A stretch of DNA of 64,000 nt from Candidatus Hermodarchaeota archaeon (GCA_048885525.1 JBHLLP010000015.1:15055-79054), one strand, 5' to 3'; shown: positions 1-9,994, counted from the stretch's first letter. Notes: generated by a model from the letters alone, not told the origin. A program made the numbers and translations.

Positions 1-414
1 TATTTTATCTGGATATTCCTCGTTTAACCATTCTAGACAAGAGATAGCAATTTCAAGATTATAAGGCATATTAGTTTCTACAGCTAATTTCATTTTTTTT
101 AACAATGTATCCATTGCCAACTTTGGAGAGTCAAATTCACAAAATCCAGTGTCGTTAATAATGATACCTCCATGCCCTCCAACAATGAAGTAAGTGTCTA
201 TAAACAAATCTTGTTTTATAAATGTATTTAATTTACGAATAATGCTTTTGTATAATTTAAGTTGCTTTTCTTCTTCCTTTATAACCTCTAATCTATGAAC
301 CTTCTCTAAAATCTTATTAAAATTGGTTTTTTTCTTTCTAATTATATTTTTTTCAACAAATTTTTCAACTAGATCAATTACCTTACCCAATGCTAATATG
401 TCTTCTGATTTCAT
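1..414 (-). CDS. Partial CDS (runs off the window start); possibly a glycoside hydrolase with a GH38/GH57-like N-terminal domain
   Basis: Not in the ORF track. Manual translation from ATG at 414 is open to position 1: MKSEDILALGKVIDLVEK...YFIVGGHGGIIINDTGFCEFDSPKLAMDTLLKKMKLAVETNMPYNLEIAISCLEWLNEEYPDKI. The 'YNLEIA..CLEWLNEEYP' segment resembles GH38/57 N-domains, and the gene lies downstream of a sugar transporter. Confidence 0.55.
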   Translation of the reverse strand, partial: MKSEDILALGKVIDLVEKFVEKNIIRKKKTNFNKILEKVHRLEVIKEEEKQLKLYKSIIRKLNTFIKQDLFIDTYFIVGGHGGIIINDTGFCEFDSPKLAMDTLLKKMKLAVETNMPYNLEIAISCLEWLNEEYPDKI

Positions 415-484
415 TTTCTAATCTTAGTTTGATTGAGAAGTAATTAAATTTAATTAAAAAAGAAAATAATAAATAAATTTTATG

Positions 485-1894
485 TTACATTCCAATTTTA
501 GATTTCTTTTCTGCATGTATTTTAGTTATTTTTTCTTTAACATCTTTCAAACGATCACCATGAAGTGGATATTTAAGCATTGTTAAAATAATAACTGATA
601 ACGCTATTGCTGGAAAAACAAATCCTAATAATCTCAATCCCATTATCTGCTCTTGTGAAATTGTAGTCGGTTCAAAAATCCTCCATCCTACATTAGTGAA
701 CACAAGACTAATTGAAAGAAAGACAAAAATATATCCAACTCTTAAGAAGAATATATAAATTCCAAAATAACTAGCATCACGTTTCGTACCAGTGTTCACT
801 TCATCTTCATCGATTATATCAGAAACAATAAGATCTTTTGAATAAAGGGATCCTGCTAATCCTATACCTGCTAAAAAGAAAATAATTAATCCAGACCATC
901 TATCTGAAATAAACATGAGAGGTGCTAAAGTTACGATCCATACTGCTGATGATATCATCCACATTTTCCTTACTCCCATTTTAGCAGCAAGAGGTTTCCA
1001 TAAAAATGTAATGAATAATGCTGCAGATAAAAAGGTTAAACCTAATAATATTGATATGAACCAAGAATCACCTTCACCAATACCTAATACATATTTCCCA
1101 TAAAGCGGTAATATTGTTGGAAGTATTGTATCAACGAAAAAATCTCCCATAAAAGCTGGAATTGCCCATCGAAAAGATTTATTTTTCATACATATTTTAA
1201 ATGAGGTAAAGAAACCTGGAACATCTTTATGGTCTTGTTGGAATTCCTCTCTTTCGCGTGGTGAGAATTTCAAAAAAATTAAGCCAACAATTATAATAAT
1301 TACAGTTAAAATTATCCCAAAAATCGCATATTCAGTTAAGTAGGATGGATCTGAATAGTCTGGAATGAAAAATCCGGGTAAAATAAAAGCAAAAATTAAA
1401 CCAAAAATTGCAAAAACTTGACGAATGTTATTTGCTTTTATCCGTGATTCTTTTGTAATAAATATTTCAGGGAGCATAGATGTGAGATTAATGTCATATG
1501 TAGTATAGCACATCTCAAAAATGAGAATAATGATGATGAAATATACAAAATTGCTTGTTTGGTCGGCAATTCCATATGAGAGTGGTGGAAAGAATAAGAA
1601 GAACATTACAAGACTTAGTGGACCAAGTGCAATCATAATGTAAGGTCTTCTACGACCCCATTTTGTATGTGTCCTATCACTAATATATCCTAATAGGGGA
1701 TCATTGAAAGCATTCCATATAGACCATATTAAAAATCCAATTGATATTAATACTACATCAAGTCCAACTACAGCATAATAGAATGTAAATATTAAAAAGG
1801 TAAACGCTTGATATGCTGTAATTAGGGAAATTTGTCCAAAGCTATAGAAAGCAGCATCTTTATTTGAATATTCTTTAGGTAGGTTCTGTTCCAT
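485..1894 (-). CDS. MFS transporter, glycoside-pentoside-hexuronide (MelB-like) family
   Basis: About 12 TM segments; WNAFNDPLLGYISDRTHTKWGRRRPY motif; D-I-I-D-E-D-E...G.KR loop. Confidence 0.9.
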   Translation of the reverse strand: MEQNLPKEYSNKDAAFYSFGQISLITAYQAFTFLIFTFYYAVVGLDVVLISIGFLIWSIWNAFNDPLLGYISDRTHTKWGRRRPYIMIALGPLSLVMFFLFFPPLSYGIADQTSNFVYFIIIILIFEMCYTTYDINLTSMLPEIFITKESRIKANNIRQVFAIFGLIFAFILPGFFIPDYSDPSYLTEYAIFGIILTVIIIIVGLIFLKFSPREREEFQQDHKDVPGFFTSFKICMKNKSFRWAIPAFMGDFFVDTILPTILPLYGKYVLGIGEGDSWFISILLGLTFLSAALFITFLWKPLAAKMGVRKMWMISSAVWIVTLAPLMFISDRWSGLIIFFLAGIGLAGSLYSKDLIVSDIIDEDEVNTGTKRDASYFGIYIFFLRVGYIFVFLSISLVFTNVGWRIFEPTTISQEQIMGLRLLGFVFPAIALSVIILTMLKYPLHGDRLKDVKEKITKIHAEKKSKIGM

Positions 1895-2136
1895 TTTAAA
1901 CCCATTTTAATTTAAATTTTAATAAAAAACTTTAGATTAAGCTTATATAAATACCTATCGAATAAAATGAAGTATATGACAAAGATGTGATATACTATTT
2001 ACCCCGGCAGTTGATTACTACAAGGAAAAATGCCCGCTTTTGGAGCTTCTCCTTATTACTGATTACAATTTTGATTATTATTGTTACAACCATCTATATA
2101 AAAAAGCATCAATAAACAAGTTATAAATTTGAATAA

Positions 2137-2158
2137 TGTTCGAAAAGTGCACCTCAAA
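2137..2158 (+). promoter_or_regulatory. Putative transcription-factor binding site, copy 1 (TGTTCgaaAAGTGCACCTcAAA), just upstream of a TATA-like box
   Basis: 18/22 identical to 3317-3338; palindromic GTGCAC core; followed by cttaataattta. Confidence 0.55.
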
Positions 2159-2200
2159 TCTTAATAATTTATACTTATATAAACTAAATTAAACATTCAA

Positions 2201-3307
2201 TTGCATATCAAAAAAATGAATTCAAAGAATTTCCAGTTTAAAACAATTTTACTTATTGCTATTATTTCTTTTATGATTTTATCAGGTCAAAAAAAAGTGG
2301 TTGCCGTTTCAAATATATATCCTCAAAAGATCGGGCAATTCGAAACATTAAATGCTTGGGATGTGGTTGTAATCGATGATATAGCCTACATCGGAGGAAC
2401 TGAAGAGGGGTTGCAAATTATAAATGTTTCTAACCCTCGCAATCCAACCGAGTTGGGGCATATTGACCTCGGAGTAACTCACAGTATCGATGTTATTAAT
2501 GGGGTTGCTTATTTAGCAAATTATTTTAGTGGTTTGCAAATAGTTAATGTATCAAATCCTTTAAATCCTATTAAGATAAGTGATTTCTATAATGGGGGAC
2601 ATGTTTCTGATGTTTTCACTGTTGGAGATCTTGTTTATTTAGTGAGTTTAGAAAATGGACTTGAAATTATTAACTGCAGCGATATTAGACATCCAACTAA
2701 AATTAGTGAATATAATGATGGTGGATCGCCTAACACGGTTTTTATTAAAGGAGAATTAGCATATATAGCAGAATACCATGCTGGTTTGGAAATTGTAAAT
2801 ATCTCAGATCCATATAATCCTTTCGAAATCGGAGGATGCTTTAATGGAGAAGGTGCTTACAGTGTTGACGTCATAGGAGACATTGCTTATTTATGTTACA
2901 GTTCAAATGGTTTAGAGATCTTGAATGTTAGTAATCCTAGCCTTCCGACTACTTTAGGATCATTCAACAATGGAGGTATTTTATACTTTGCTTACATTTT
3001 AGATGATGTAGCTTTTTTATCAGATGATGTAGATGGGCTTGAAATCGTTAATATTAGTGATCCCTCTAATCCTTGGAAGATAAGCGGATTTGATGATGAA
3101 GGCCACACGAGGAACTTATTTGTTGATAATAATTTTGTGTTTTTAACTGATTTAGACGATGGTTTAGAAATCTTTGAGCTTTTAGATATTCAATCAAGTC
3201 ATAATCAAAATTACCTATACTCGATAATATTAATTATTATTTTGACAGGTGGAGTTATAGTGATAGGTTCGTTTTTAATAAAAGTTAAACACAATAGAAA
3301 AGCGTGA
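2201..3307 (+). CDS. LVIVD-repeat (beta-propeller) cell-surface protein with N-terminal signal and C-terminal TM anchor
   Basis: About 7 repeats of AY(L/I)A....GL(E/Q)I(V/I)N(V/I)S(N/D)P.NP; hydrophobic N-terminus; C-terminal TM plus basic tail. Start may be the ATG at 2216. Confidence 0.9.
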   Translation: MHIKKMNSKNFQFKTILLIAIISFMILSGQKKVVAVSNIYPQKIGQFETLNAWDVVVIDDIAYIGGTEEGLQIINVSNPRNPTELGHIDLGVTHSIDVINGVAYLANYFSGLQIVNVSNPLNPIKISDFYNGGHVSDVFTVGDLVYLVSLENGLEIINCSDIRHPTKISEYNDGGSPNTVFIKGELAYIAEYHAGLEIVNISDPYNPFEIGGCFNGEGAYSVDVIGDIAYLCYSSNGLEILNVSNPSLPTTLGSFNNGGILYFAYILDDVAFLSDDVDGLEIVNISDPSNPWKISGFDDEGHTRNLFVDNNFVFLTDLDDGLEIFELLDIQSSHNQNYLYSIILIIILTGGVIVIGSFLIKVKHNRKA

Positions 3308-3316
3308 ATTCAAATT

Positions 3317-3338
3317 TGTTCTAGAAGTGCACCTTAAA
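3317..3338 (+). promoter_or_regulatory. Putative transcription-factor binding site, copy 2 (TGTTCtagAAGTGCACCTtAAA), just upstream of a TATA-like box
   Basis: 18/22 identical to 2137-2158; followed by gtttaaaaat. Confidence 0.55.
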
Positions 3339-3401
3339 CGTTTAAAAATCAAATTATTTCTTATTTTATAAATAAAACTCACAATTAAAAGGTAAATTTA
3401 A

Positions 3402-3992
3402 ATGAATCTTAATGTAAATAAGGTAAGAGATAGATTAAGTTCGACTTTAACTAGTATTTCTTCTATTTTAATTCCAATCTTCCAATATGTTCCAGCTACG
3501 GCTATATGGTTTGGTATTATGAGCGTACCATTGTTCACATATTTAATGTTCTTCTTTCTAAGTCCTGAAATTATAATATCTGATATTAGATTTTTATTTA
3601 GCAGTCATGAAATCTATATAATAATATTAGGATTTTCATTCTATATGTATTCTCTAATATATCAATTAACTCATAGAAAGCAATTAATTAGAACTGGACC
3701 ATATAAATATGTACGACACCCTCAATATATTGCTTTAATCATTATGACTTTTGGTATGACATTAATAGTCTTCCAAACTAGTCCAATAATCGAGTTCGAT
3801 TTAAGCATTGATGCATATGCTTTTATATTTTTAATTTGGATTGGTGAAGTGGTAGCTTATATCATTTTAGCTAAGATCGAAGATTATTCCTTAAAATCTA
3901 AATATGGGGATGAATATATAGATTATGCAAATGGAGTATCTTTTATGATTCCATTCTTAAAATTATATCGAAGAAAATCTCAAAAAGAATAG
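3402..3992 (+). CDS. Isoprenylcysteine carboxyl methyltransferase / PEMT-family membrane protein
   Basis: LIRTGPYKYVRHPQY and ED..L..KYGDEY..Y...V..MIP motifs; multiple TM segments. Confidence 0.85.
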   Translation: MNLNVNKVRDRLSSTLTSISSILIPIFQYVPATAIWFGIMSVPLFTYLMFFFLSPEIIISDIRFLFSSHEIYIIILGFSFYMYSLIYQLTHRKQLIRTGPYKYVRHPQYIALIIMTFGMTLIVFQTSPIIEFDLSIDAYAFIFLIWIGEVVAYIILAKIEDYSLKSKYGDEYIDYANGVSFMIPFLKLYRRKSQKE

Positions 3993-4013
3993 TGTTTAAT
4001 AGGTTTTAAGATA

Positions 4014-4736
4014 TTGAACAATAATAAAAAATCTAAAAAATTAACTTATTTTTTCTTATTAAAATTTATTCTTCTCTTTTTTTCTGTTATAATCTTATCA
4101 GTTGTTCTATATCAATTAATTCAGTCATTAGATGAATTTTTCGGTCCTATTGAGGAGTTTTCTGTTGGAATAATTTTAATTTCAATTTTAATAGCAGTAA
4201 TTTTATTATTATCTGTTTTTGAAATATTAACAGTAAAAGAGTATAGAGGGTATTTTATTAGAAAACCTTTTATTCAACGAGGAAAATCTTATTTGACTCT
4301 CACCAACATCTTTGAAAATGAAAACCGTATGAACATAATAAAACAGATTCTTAGTAATCCAGGTATTCATCAAAACGAATTATTGCGAAATTGTGATTTA
4401 CAAAAAGGACAATTGCAATGGCATTTAGATGTCTTACTGAAGAATCGTATTATAAAAAAGGAGAAATATGGTCAATATTCGATATATTTTCCAATCACAT
4501 CCTCTATTGAATCAATTGAAAAATTTAAAAATTGGCCTATAAAATCAGAAACTACTGAAAAAGTGTTAAATATTATTCAAAAAAATCCAGGAATTAATTC
4601 TTCAAAGATCGCGAGAATTTTAAATCTTTCACGTAATACAATAAAATATCATATTGATAAACTTATTGACGAAAATTTAATCGATCTTAAAAGAAATGGG
4701 CGAAAATTAGAATTATTTCAAAAAATTGAGAATTAA
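4014..4736 (+). CDS. Membrane-anchored transcriptional regulator: 2 TM + two winged-HTH domains (COG3398-like)
   Basis: Two hydrophobic helices, then NENRMNIIKQILSNPGIHQNELLR...GQLQWHLDVL and IIQKNPGINSSKIARILNLSRNTIKYHIDKL. Confidence 0.85.
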   Translation: MNNNKKSKKLTYFFLLKFILLFFSVIILSVVLYQLIQSLDEFFGPIEEFSVGIILISILIAVILLLSVFEILTVKEYRGYFIRKPFIQRGKSYLTLTNIFENENRMNIIKQILSNPGIHQNELLRNCDLQKGQLQWHLDVLLKNRIIKKEKYGQYSIYFPITSSIESIEKFKNWPIKSETTEKVLNIIQKNPGINSSKIARILNLSRNTIKYHIDKLIDENLIDLKRNGRKLELFQKIEN

Positions 4737-5614
4737 ATCCTTATTAATTTTGGAAATTTATTTTGTTTTAATAATTCTTTTTGAATTATGTCTTCTAATA
4801 GTTCTTCTCTTTCACTTCCAGAAAGAATTTCTAATTTTCTGATATTTAATGGATCCACCTTTTCTCTTAGTAATTCAATTTCTTTCTTCGAAGGAGGTAA
4901 AGTTCCTTCTATTTTATCCGGAATAATCAGTTCAAATCCAGTTGAATTTTTTATAGTCTCAGGTTCAATCCCTGGATGAATTGACTTTAATCTCATCCTT
5001 TTTGTTTTGTTTTCAAAATCTAAATATGCTAGATTAGTAATCACGCATTGGGGACCTGAACCACCACATATAGAAGGCTTTCCATCTGGAAATCCTACTC
5101 CAGAGATGAAGGATATATCTTCAGTGGGTACAAATGTTCTTTTATCATGTCTTGGAGTATAAAGAAAAGAACCACGAGAATAAAACATACTAAAATCAAG
5201 AATGCCCGCAGCTCCGGGAAGTCTAATTTTAGGTTTATTCCAATCACCTATACATATATTATTACTATTCCCGTATTGATCTATTTGAGCTGGTCTAAAG
5301 AATTCAATAGTTGTAAGTTTATCAGAAGGAAGAGATTCTAGCGTACATTCTACGCTGTCTTGGAATCGATAAGCTCGAGCCGTATTCATTTCAAGATACA
5401 GTAGGCTTACTTGACGAGGTTCTAATACAAAGGTATTTCCCATTATATAATGATATATTGCATCAGGAGCATGAGTTACTTTTGCTAATGTAAAAGCTGC
5501 CCATACCATAGGTGTTGCAACCCCAACAATCATGACATCATCGTTTCTGACTTCTCTTGACATTAAAACAGTCATCATCTCATCAATAGTATAATCTTTT
5601 GAATAATCACTCAT
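4733..5614 (-). CDS. CoA-transferase family beta subunit (GctB/IpdB-like)
   Basis: YTIDEMM...SRE; AQIDQYGNSN; RLPGAAG; VITNLA.LDF; SIHPG.....IK.STGFEL. Confidence 0.85.
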   Translation of the reverse strand: MSDYSKDYTIDEMMTVLMSREVRNDDVMIVGVATPMVWAAFTLAKVTHAPDAIYHYIMGNTFVLEPRQVSLLYLEMNTARAYRFQDSVECTLESLPSDKLTTIEFFRPAQIDQYGNSNNICIGDWNKPKIRLPGAAGILDFSMFYSRGSFLYTPRHDKRTFVPTEDISFISGVGFPDGKPSICGGSGPQCVITNLAYLDFENKTKRMRLKSIHPGIEPETIKNSTGFELIIPDKIEGTLPPSKKEIELLREKVDPLNIRKLEILSGSEREELLEDIIQKELLKQNKFPKLIRI

Positions 5615-5626
5615 TAATTTAACCTC

Positions 5627-6487
5627 CTATATTAATATATTAGAAATAGTTTGTATTCCCCCTGTTTCTTCTAAATATTGAATAGGTGTTTTATTAGTTA
5701 TGAATTTTTTTTTATAATTTTCAAAATTAGTTTTTAAATAACATTGAATATGAAGAGGATCAAATGTATAAATTGGATAACATGAGGTGGGATGTGCTCC
5801 AAATGGAACTTTAACAACAGCACTAGTAGTTTGAATAGGTAATTGAGCTTTTCCTGGCAAGTAGCGAATATCCTCTGTTTCAACTAATTTTTCGCAAACA
5901 ATAATAGTTTTTTTTGCGGTTTTTCCCATATCAGCGTCCATCCATACAGCTCCAGCAATATTACCATTCCCAAATTCGTCAGCATATGGTACATGAATTA
6001 TTGCGACATCTAAATCGATCTTAGGTACTGTCATTACCTGTATTCCAGAGCCAAGAGGATCTTCAATTTGTTTAATATCATTTCTTACTTTTGGCATATC
6101 TGTACCAATAAGTCCTTTCAAAGGCATGAAAGGAACCTTCAAATATGAAGCTCTTAATCCTAAAGCGATTGTAGCTTCACTTTCTTCTGATATTTTAATC
6201 GAACTAGATTCTACAGCCCTTCTGTAATTTGGTGCCATTCCGAAAATCTCCATTCCAACAAAACAAGAACGTACCTCTGAAACGCAACCTCCAGCAATTA
6301 ACATATCAATTTCAATACCGCCAACAAATGTACATAAAGATAAATCCTTTTTATTTTGTCTAACTATTTCTCTACATGCACTAATTGGCTTTCTCCAAAA
6401 AGAAAGCCCCCCAAATCCTACAAGATCTCCATCTTGAACATAATTAGAAATTGCATCCTCTAAAGACATTAATTTGCTCTGAATCAT
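5627..6487 (-). CDS. CoA-transferase family alpha subunit (GctA/IpdA-like)
   Basis: SKLMSLEDAIS.YVQDGD.VGFGG; DVAIIHVPYADEFGN; PFGAHPTSCYP.Y. Confidence 0.88.
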   Translation of the reverse strand: MIQSKLMSLEDAISNYVQDGDLVGFGGLSFWRKPISACREIVRQNKKDLSLCTFVGGIEIDMLIAGGCVSEVRSCFVGMEIFGMAPNYRRAVESSSIKISEESEATIALGLRASYLKVPFMPLKGLIGTDMPKVRNDIKQIEDPLGSGIQVMTVPKIDLDVAIIHVPYADEFGNGNIAGAVWMDADMGKTAKKTIIVCEKLVETEDIRYLPGKAQLPIQTTSAVVKVPFGAHPTSCYPIYTFDPLHIQCYLKTNFENYKKKFITNKTPIQYLEETGGIQTISNILI

Positions 6488-6692
6488 TCTAAATCAACTT
6501 CTTAATTCAAATTTTTAAAAAGGCTTTTTTGAATTTAATATAGAAAATATAATTATTTTTCAAATTAAAAGTAATAATATTTAGTAAATTATTGGAGGGA
6601 TTTTCTTTATACTCTAAATTCTCTTTTTACTAAATGTTCCTTATTAAAAAACTAATAATCAATATCTTTTTTCCAAAAGATTGAAACAATAA

Positions 6693-7460
6693 TTAATTTT
6701 TTTTAACTTTATCCAATTCCTTTTTCAGTTTTACAAAATATTCTGGTGTAGATATTTGATATGGTATGGGATATCTTGTCCCTGCTTTATGTGTCTCCTC
6801 CATACCGACTATTATTTCATCAATTATACCAATTGGTATTGAAGCAATTAAATCATTATCTGTGGCATTTCCATATCGACGATCGCCCAAGCAAGGAAAA
6901 GCTATTTGTAAATCATTGGTGAGAAGTGTATTTGATATTGTATCTGCGCATACACCATCACAGAAAGTAGACATTGAAATTCTACCACCCTTTTTCCATA
7001 AATAACCTTGAATGATTCTCATGATTTGTGCGGAATTAGCCCATATGAGGATTATATCAGGATCAAAATCAATGCGATGCAGAGCACCTGAAAGAATGGC
7101 TTTATATTTTCCATATGGAATTTTAGGTATGGTTTGTGTAGTTTTTTTTGCGGCTTCCTTTGTTTCATTATATCTTCCCAGAAAAAAAGCGCCTTCTTCA
7201 AATAATTTATGAGATTCCTCAAAACCTAAAGAAATATCAGCAAGTGGACATATATTATCTTCTTTATTACAACCCATCGTCCATCCATAATATCTGGAAA
7301 AACTGAAAAGTTGGCATATTACCATTTCAGTTTCTGGTCTTTTTAGGAATTTTATATTATTTAAATCATTTGGATCTTCTAATAATTTTACCGCAACTGG
7401 AAAAGTAGCTAATCTAAGATACTTATTCAGCTGATTATTTAATTTTTCATATTTACCCAT
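6693..7460 (-). CDS. DUF169 family protein
   Basis: LRLATFPVAVK; CQ....R.YGW; CP.A...LG; PD.I.I.AN.AQ.MR; PC.GDR.YG motifs. Confidence 0.8.
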   Translation of the reverse strand: MGKYEKLNNQLNKYLRLATFPVAVKLLEDPNDLNNIKFLKRPETEMVICQLFSFSRYYGWTMGCNKEDNICPLADISLGFEESHKLFEEGAFFLGRYNETKEAAKKTTQTIPKIPYGKYKAILSGALHRIDFDPDIILIWANSAQIMRIIQGYLWKKGGRISMSTFCDGVCADTISNTLLTNDLQIAFPCLGDRRYGNATDNDLIASIPIGIIDEIIVGMEETHKAGTRYPIPYQISTPEYFVKLKKELDKVKKN

Positions 7461-7542
7461 GGAATCACATATCTTTAGTATTTAAAAAATAATTAAATGA
7501 TAGAGTATTTCAAAATATAATAAATTAATACTTTAGAAAAAG

Positions 7543-8085
7543 ATGGATACAACCAGAAAGAGATTAAAACAAGGATTAGTTCAAGTATACTTTGGACGAG
7601 GAAAAGGTAAGACCACTGCCGCAATAGGGCAAGGTGTACGTGCAACAGGACATGGATTTAAAGTATATATGATTCAATTTATGAAAGGAAATTATAAGTA
7701 CGGTGAAATTGAAGCTATTAAAAATATACCGAATTTTGAATTGAAACAATTTGGTAGTCCTGATCTAATTGCAGAACCGGGAGAATTTGATATAAATGAA
7801 GGAAAAAAAGCTCTTGCTTTCGCTGAAGAGACTATTATGAGTGATAAATATGATATTGTCATTCTTGATGAAGTAGGAGTTGCCATATCAATGAATGTAA
7901 TACCTGTTGAACCAGTTTTGGATCTTATAAAAAGGAAGCCAAAGTTTGTAGAATTAATACTTACAGGAGGACCAAAAATGCATCCTAAGATAAAAGAGAT
8001 AGCTGATTTGGTTACTGAGATGAGAATGATAAAACATTACTATTCTTCTCAAGGAATCACCGGTAGATATGGTATAGAATATTAA
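7543..8085 (+). CDS. cobO: Cob(I)yrinic acid a,c-diamide adenosyltransferase (CobO/BtuR)
   Basis: GLVQVYFGRGKGKTTAAIG; IQFMKG; YDIVILDE; ADLVTEM..IKH; GIEY C-terminus. Confidence 0.92.
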   Translation: MDTTRKRLKQGLVQVYFGRGKGKTTAAIGQGVRATGHGFKVYMIQFMKGNYKYGEIEAIKNIPNFELKQFGSPDLIAEPGEFDINEGKKALAFAEETIMSDKYDIVILDEVGVAISMNVIPVEPVLDLIKRKPKFVELILTGGPKMHPKIKEIADLVTEMRMIKHYYSSQGITGRYGIEY

Positions 8086-8176
8086 TATAGACAAATTTAA
8101 CCTTTATATAAACACATTATATGGAAAGAGAACAGATTTTTATTAAAACTATTGATTATTAAAAATCATAAAAAAT

Positions 8177-8542
8177 ATGTCACCTTTAAGTTTTAAAAAA
8201 CTAATTGCTGTTTGTGGCTTAGATTGTGCTCAGTGTAAGATCTACTTGGCCCCCTTTAATCCTAAAATTACTCAGCAATTAATTAGAACCTTTAATAATA
8301 TTTGGGATAATGTAAAACCTGAAGATTTCCATTGTAGTACATGTAGAGGTGAAATTTCCGATTGCTGGACAAAAGAGTGCTGGATACGAAATTGTTGTAT
8401 AAATAATAAAAAGTTAGAATTTTGTTATCAATGCCAAGATTTCCCTTGTGAAGGCTTAAAAGAGAGGGCAAATAAAAGTAAAAGATATAAAGCTGCCTTA
8501 AATAATCTAAAAAAAATGAAGAAGAAGGGAAGGAAGGATTAG
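8177..8542 (+). CDS. DUF3795 family Cys-rich (Zn-binding) protein
   Basis: AVCGLDCAQC; CSTCRG; C.IRNCC....LEFCYQCQDFPC. Confidence 0.8.
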   Translation: MSPLSFKKLIAVCGLDCAQCKIYLAPFNPKITQQLIRTFNNIWDNVKPEDFHCSTCRGEISDCWTKECWIRNCCINNKKLEFCYQCQDFPCEGLKERANKSKRYKAALNNLKKMKKKGRKD

Positions 8543-8666
8543 TTCATAATAATGTTCAAATTATAGAGTATTTTCTTTCTAATCCTGCAAAATCAAAATA
8601 TTATTGTTCAATTACATATTTTTCATTTATTATCTCAAAATTAAAATTATCTTTATTAGAGAATTA

Positions 8667-9887
8667 ATGGAACTTGATAATATAGATAAAAATAAACGCA
8701 GAAATCTAGTTGCTTTAGCCATCACCAAATTAATTCATGGATTTGGAGTGGGGATGTTTGCTATAGTCTATCAACCATATTTACTTGAACTTACAAATTC
8801 AATCGTATTAACGGGGCTATTTATTTCATTTGGATTAATAATACAATTTATGCCAATGCCATTAATAGGGAGATTATCTGATAATTTTAACCGTAAATTC
8901 ATCCTTATTTCAAGTGTACCTATAAATATTTTAGGTCTAATATTTTTAGTTTTAGCTAATGTAAATAGTATCTATTTTGTTATTTTTGGAATAATATTTT
9001 ATTTTTTAGGTTTCATACTTAATAATTTAAACTCTCAATTCTTAGTTGCAGAAAATAGTAATAAATCTAAGGGAAGAACTTTTGGGTTTATGTTTTTTTC
9101 CTATTTTACTGGGAATATTGGTGGAACATTTTTTATAATTCTAGGAGAAGGTCTCAATTCTAGATTTTATTTGACATTTTTTGTTCTATTGTTAATTTGT
9201 GAAGAGATATTCTTCACATTCTTTCTTACTGGTCAAATTAAAAATAATCCAAATCAAAAACTTCAAATTAATAATAATATTAAGAGGAAAGAAAACATGT
9301 GGGTAAAGATATTTACGACAAAAACATTAAGATCAATTTTAATATTCTTTACATTAGATGTTTTCGTTTATAGCATTTCTTATTCAATATATCCTGGTGG
9401 ACTGAATGATTTTTATAGTCTTACCAAAGAAGAAATTGCTTTCATTTCATTATGGTTTAATATTGGAAATTTGATTTTTCAAATTCCCGCTGGACATATA
9501 ACAGATAAAATTGGTAATAAAAAAGTATTAATCCTAAGTCAATTCTTTGGATTTGGTTTTTTTTTCATGAACATATTATCTGTTATCCTTTGGATGAATT
9601 TTATTAGGCATACTTTGATCCTCACACTAAGTATTGGATATTTTTTATTTGCTTTATCTGTTTGTACTTTTATACCAGCTGAGCAAATAATATTAACAAA
9701 TTTAGGCGAGGATCAGAAATCTGAATCTTATGGGATAGTTTCATTTTTTAGAGGTATTGGACTGATTCCTACTGGAATTATAGGAGGTTTACTTGTCGAA
9801 TATATTCATTATATCTCACCATTTATCTTTAGTACCATAGGACTTCTATTTGAGATATTATTCATCATAAAATATCTTCATGAGTAA
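8667..9887 (+). CDS. MFS transporter
   Basis: About 12 TM segments; GRLSDNFNRK and GHITDKIGNK motif-A copies. ATG at 8667 preferred to the track's TTG at 8604. Confidence 0.88.
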   Translation: MELDNIDKNKRRNLVALAITKLIHGFGVGMFAIVYQPYLLELTNSIVLTGLFISFGLIIQFMPMPLIGRLSDNFNRKFILISSVPINILGLIFLVLANVNSIYFVIFGIIFYFLGFILNNLNSQFLVAENSNKSKGRTFGFMFFSYFTGNIGGTFFIILGEGLNSRFYLTFFVLLLICEEIFFTFFLTGQIKNNPNQKLQINNNIKRKENMWVKIFTTKTLRSILIFFTLDVFVYSISYSIYPGGLNDFYSLTKEEIAFISLWFNIGNLIFQIPAGHITDKIGNKKVLILSQFFGFGFFFMNILSVILWMNFIRHTLILTLSIGYFLFALSVCTFIPAEQIILTNLGEDQKSESYGIVSFFRGIGLIPTGIIGGLLVEYIHYISPFIFSTIGLLFEILFIIKYLHE

Positions 9888-9994
9888 TCTATATTTTTTA
9901 GATTTAAAATCATAAGAATTAAAATTTTTCTTTAACTCAAAAAATTAGAATTTTTAAAATAATAAAGTGAATCAAAAAATAAAATGATGAAAAT

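Noticed and set aside
2340-3180. Nucleotide-level periodicity (~126-129 nt) in 2201-3307
   Set aside because: Explained by the LVIVD protein repeats, not a DNA repeat element.
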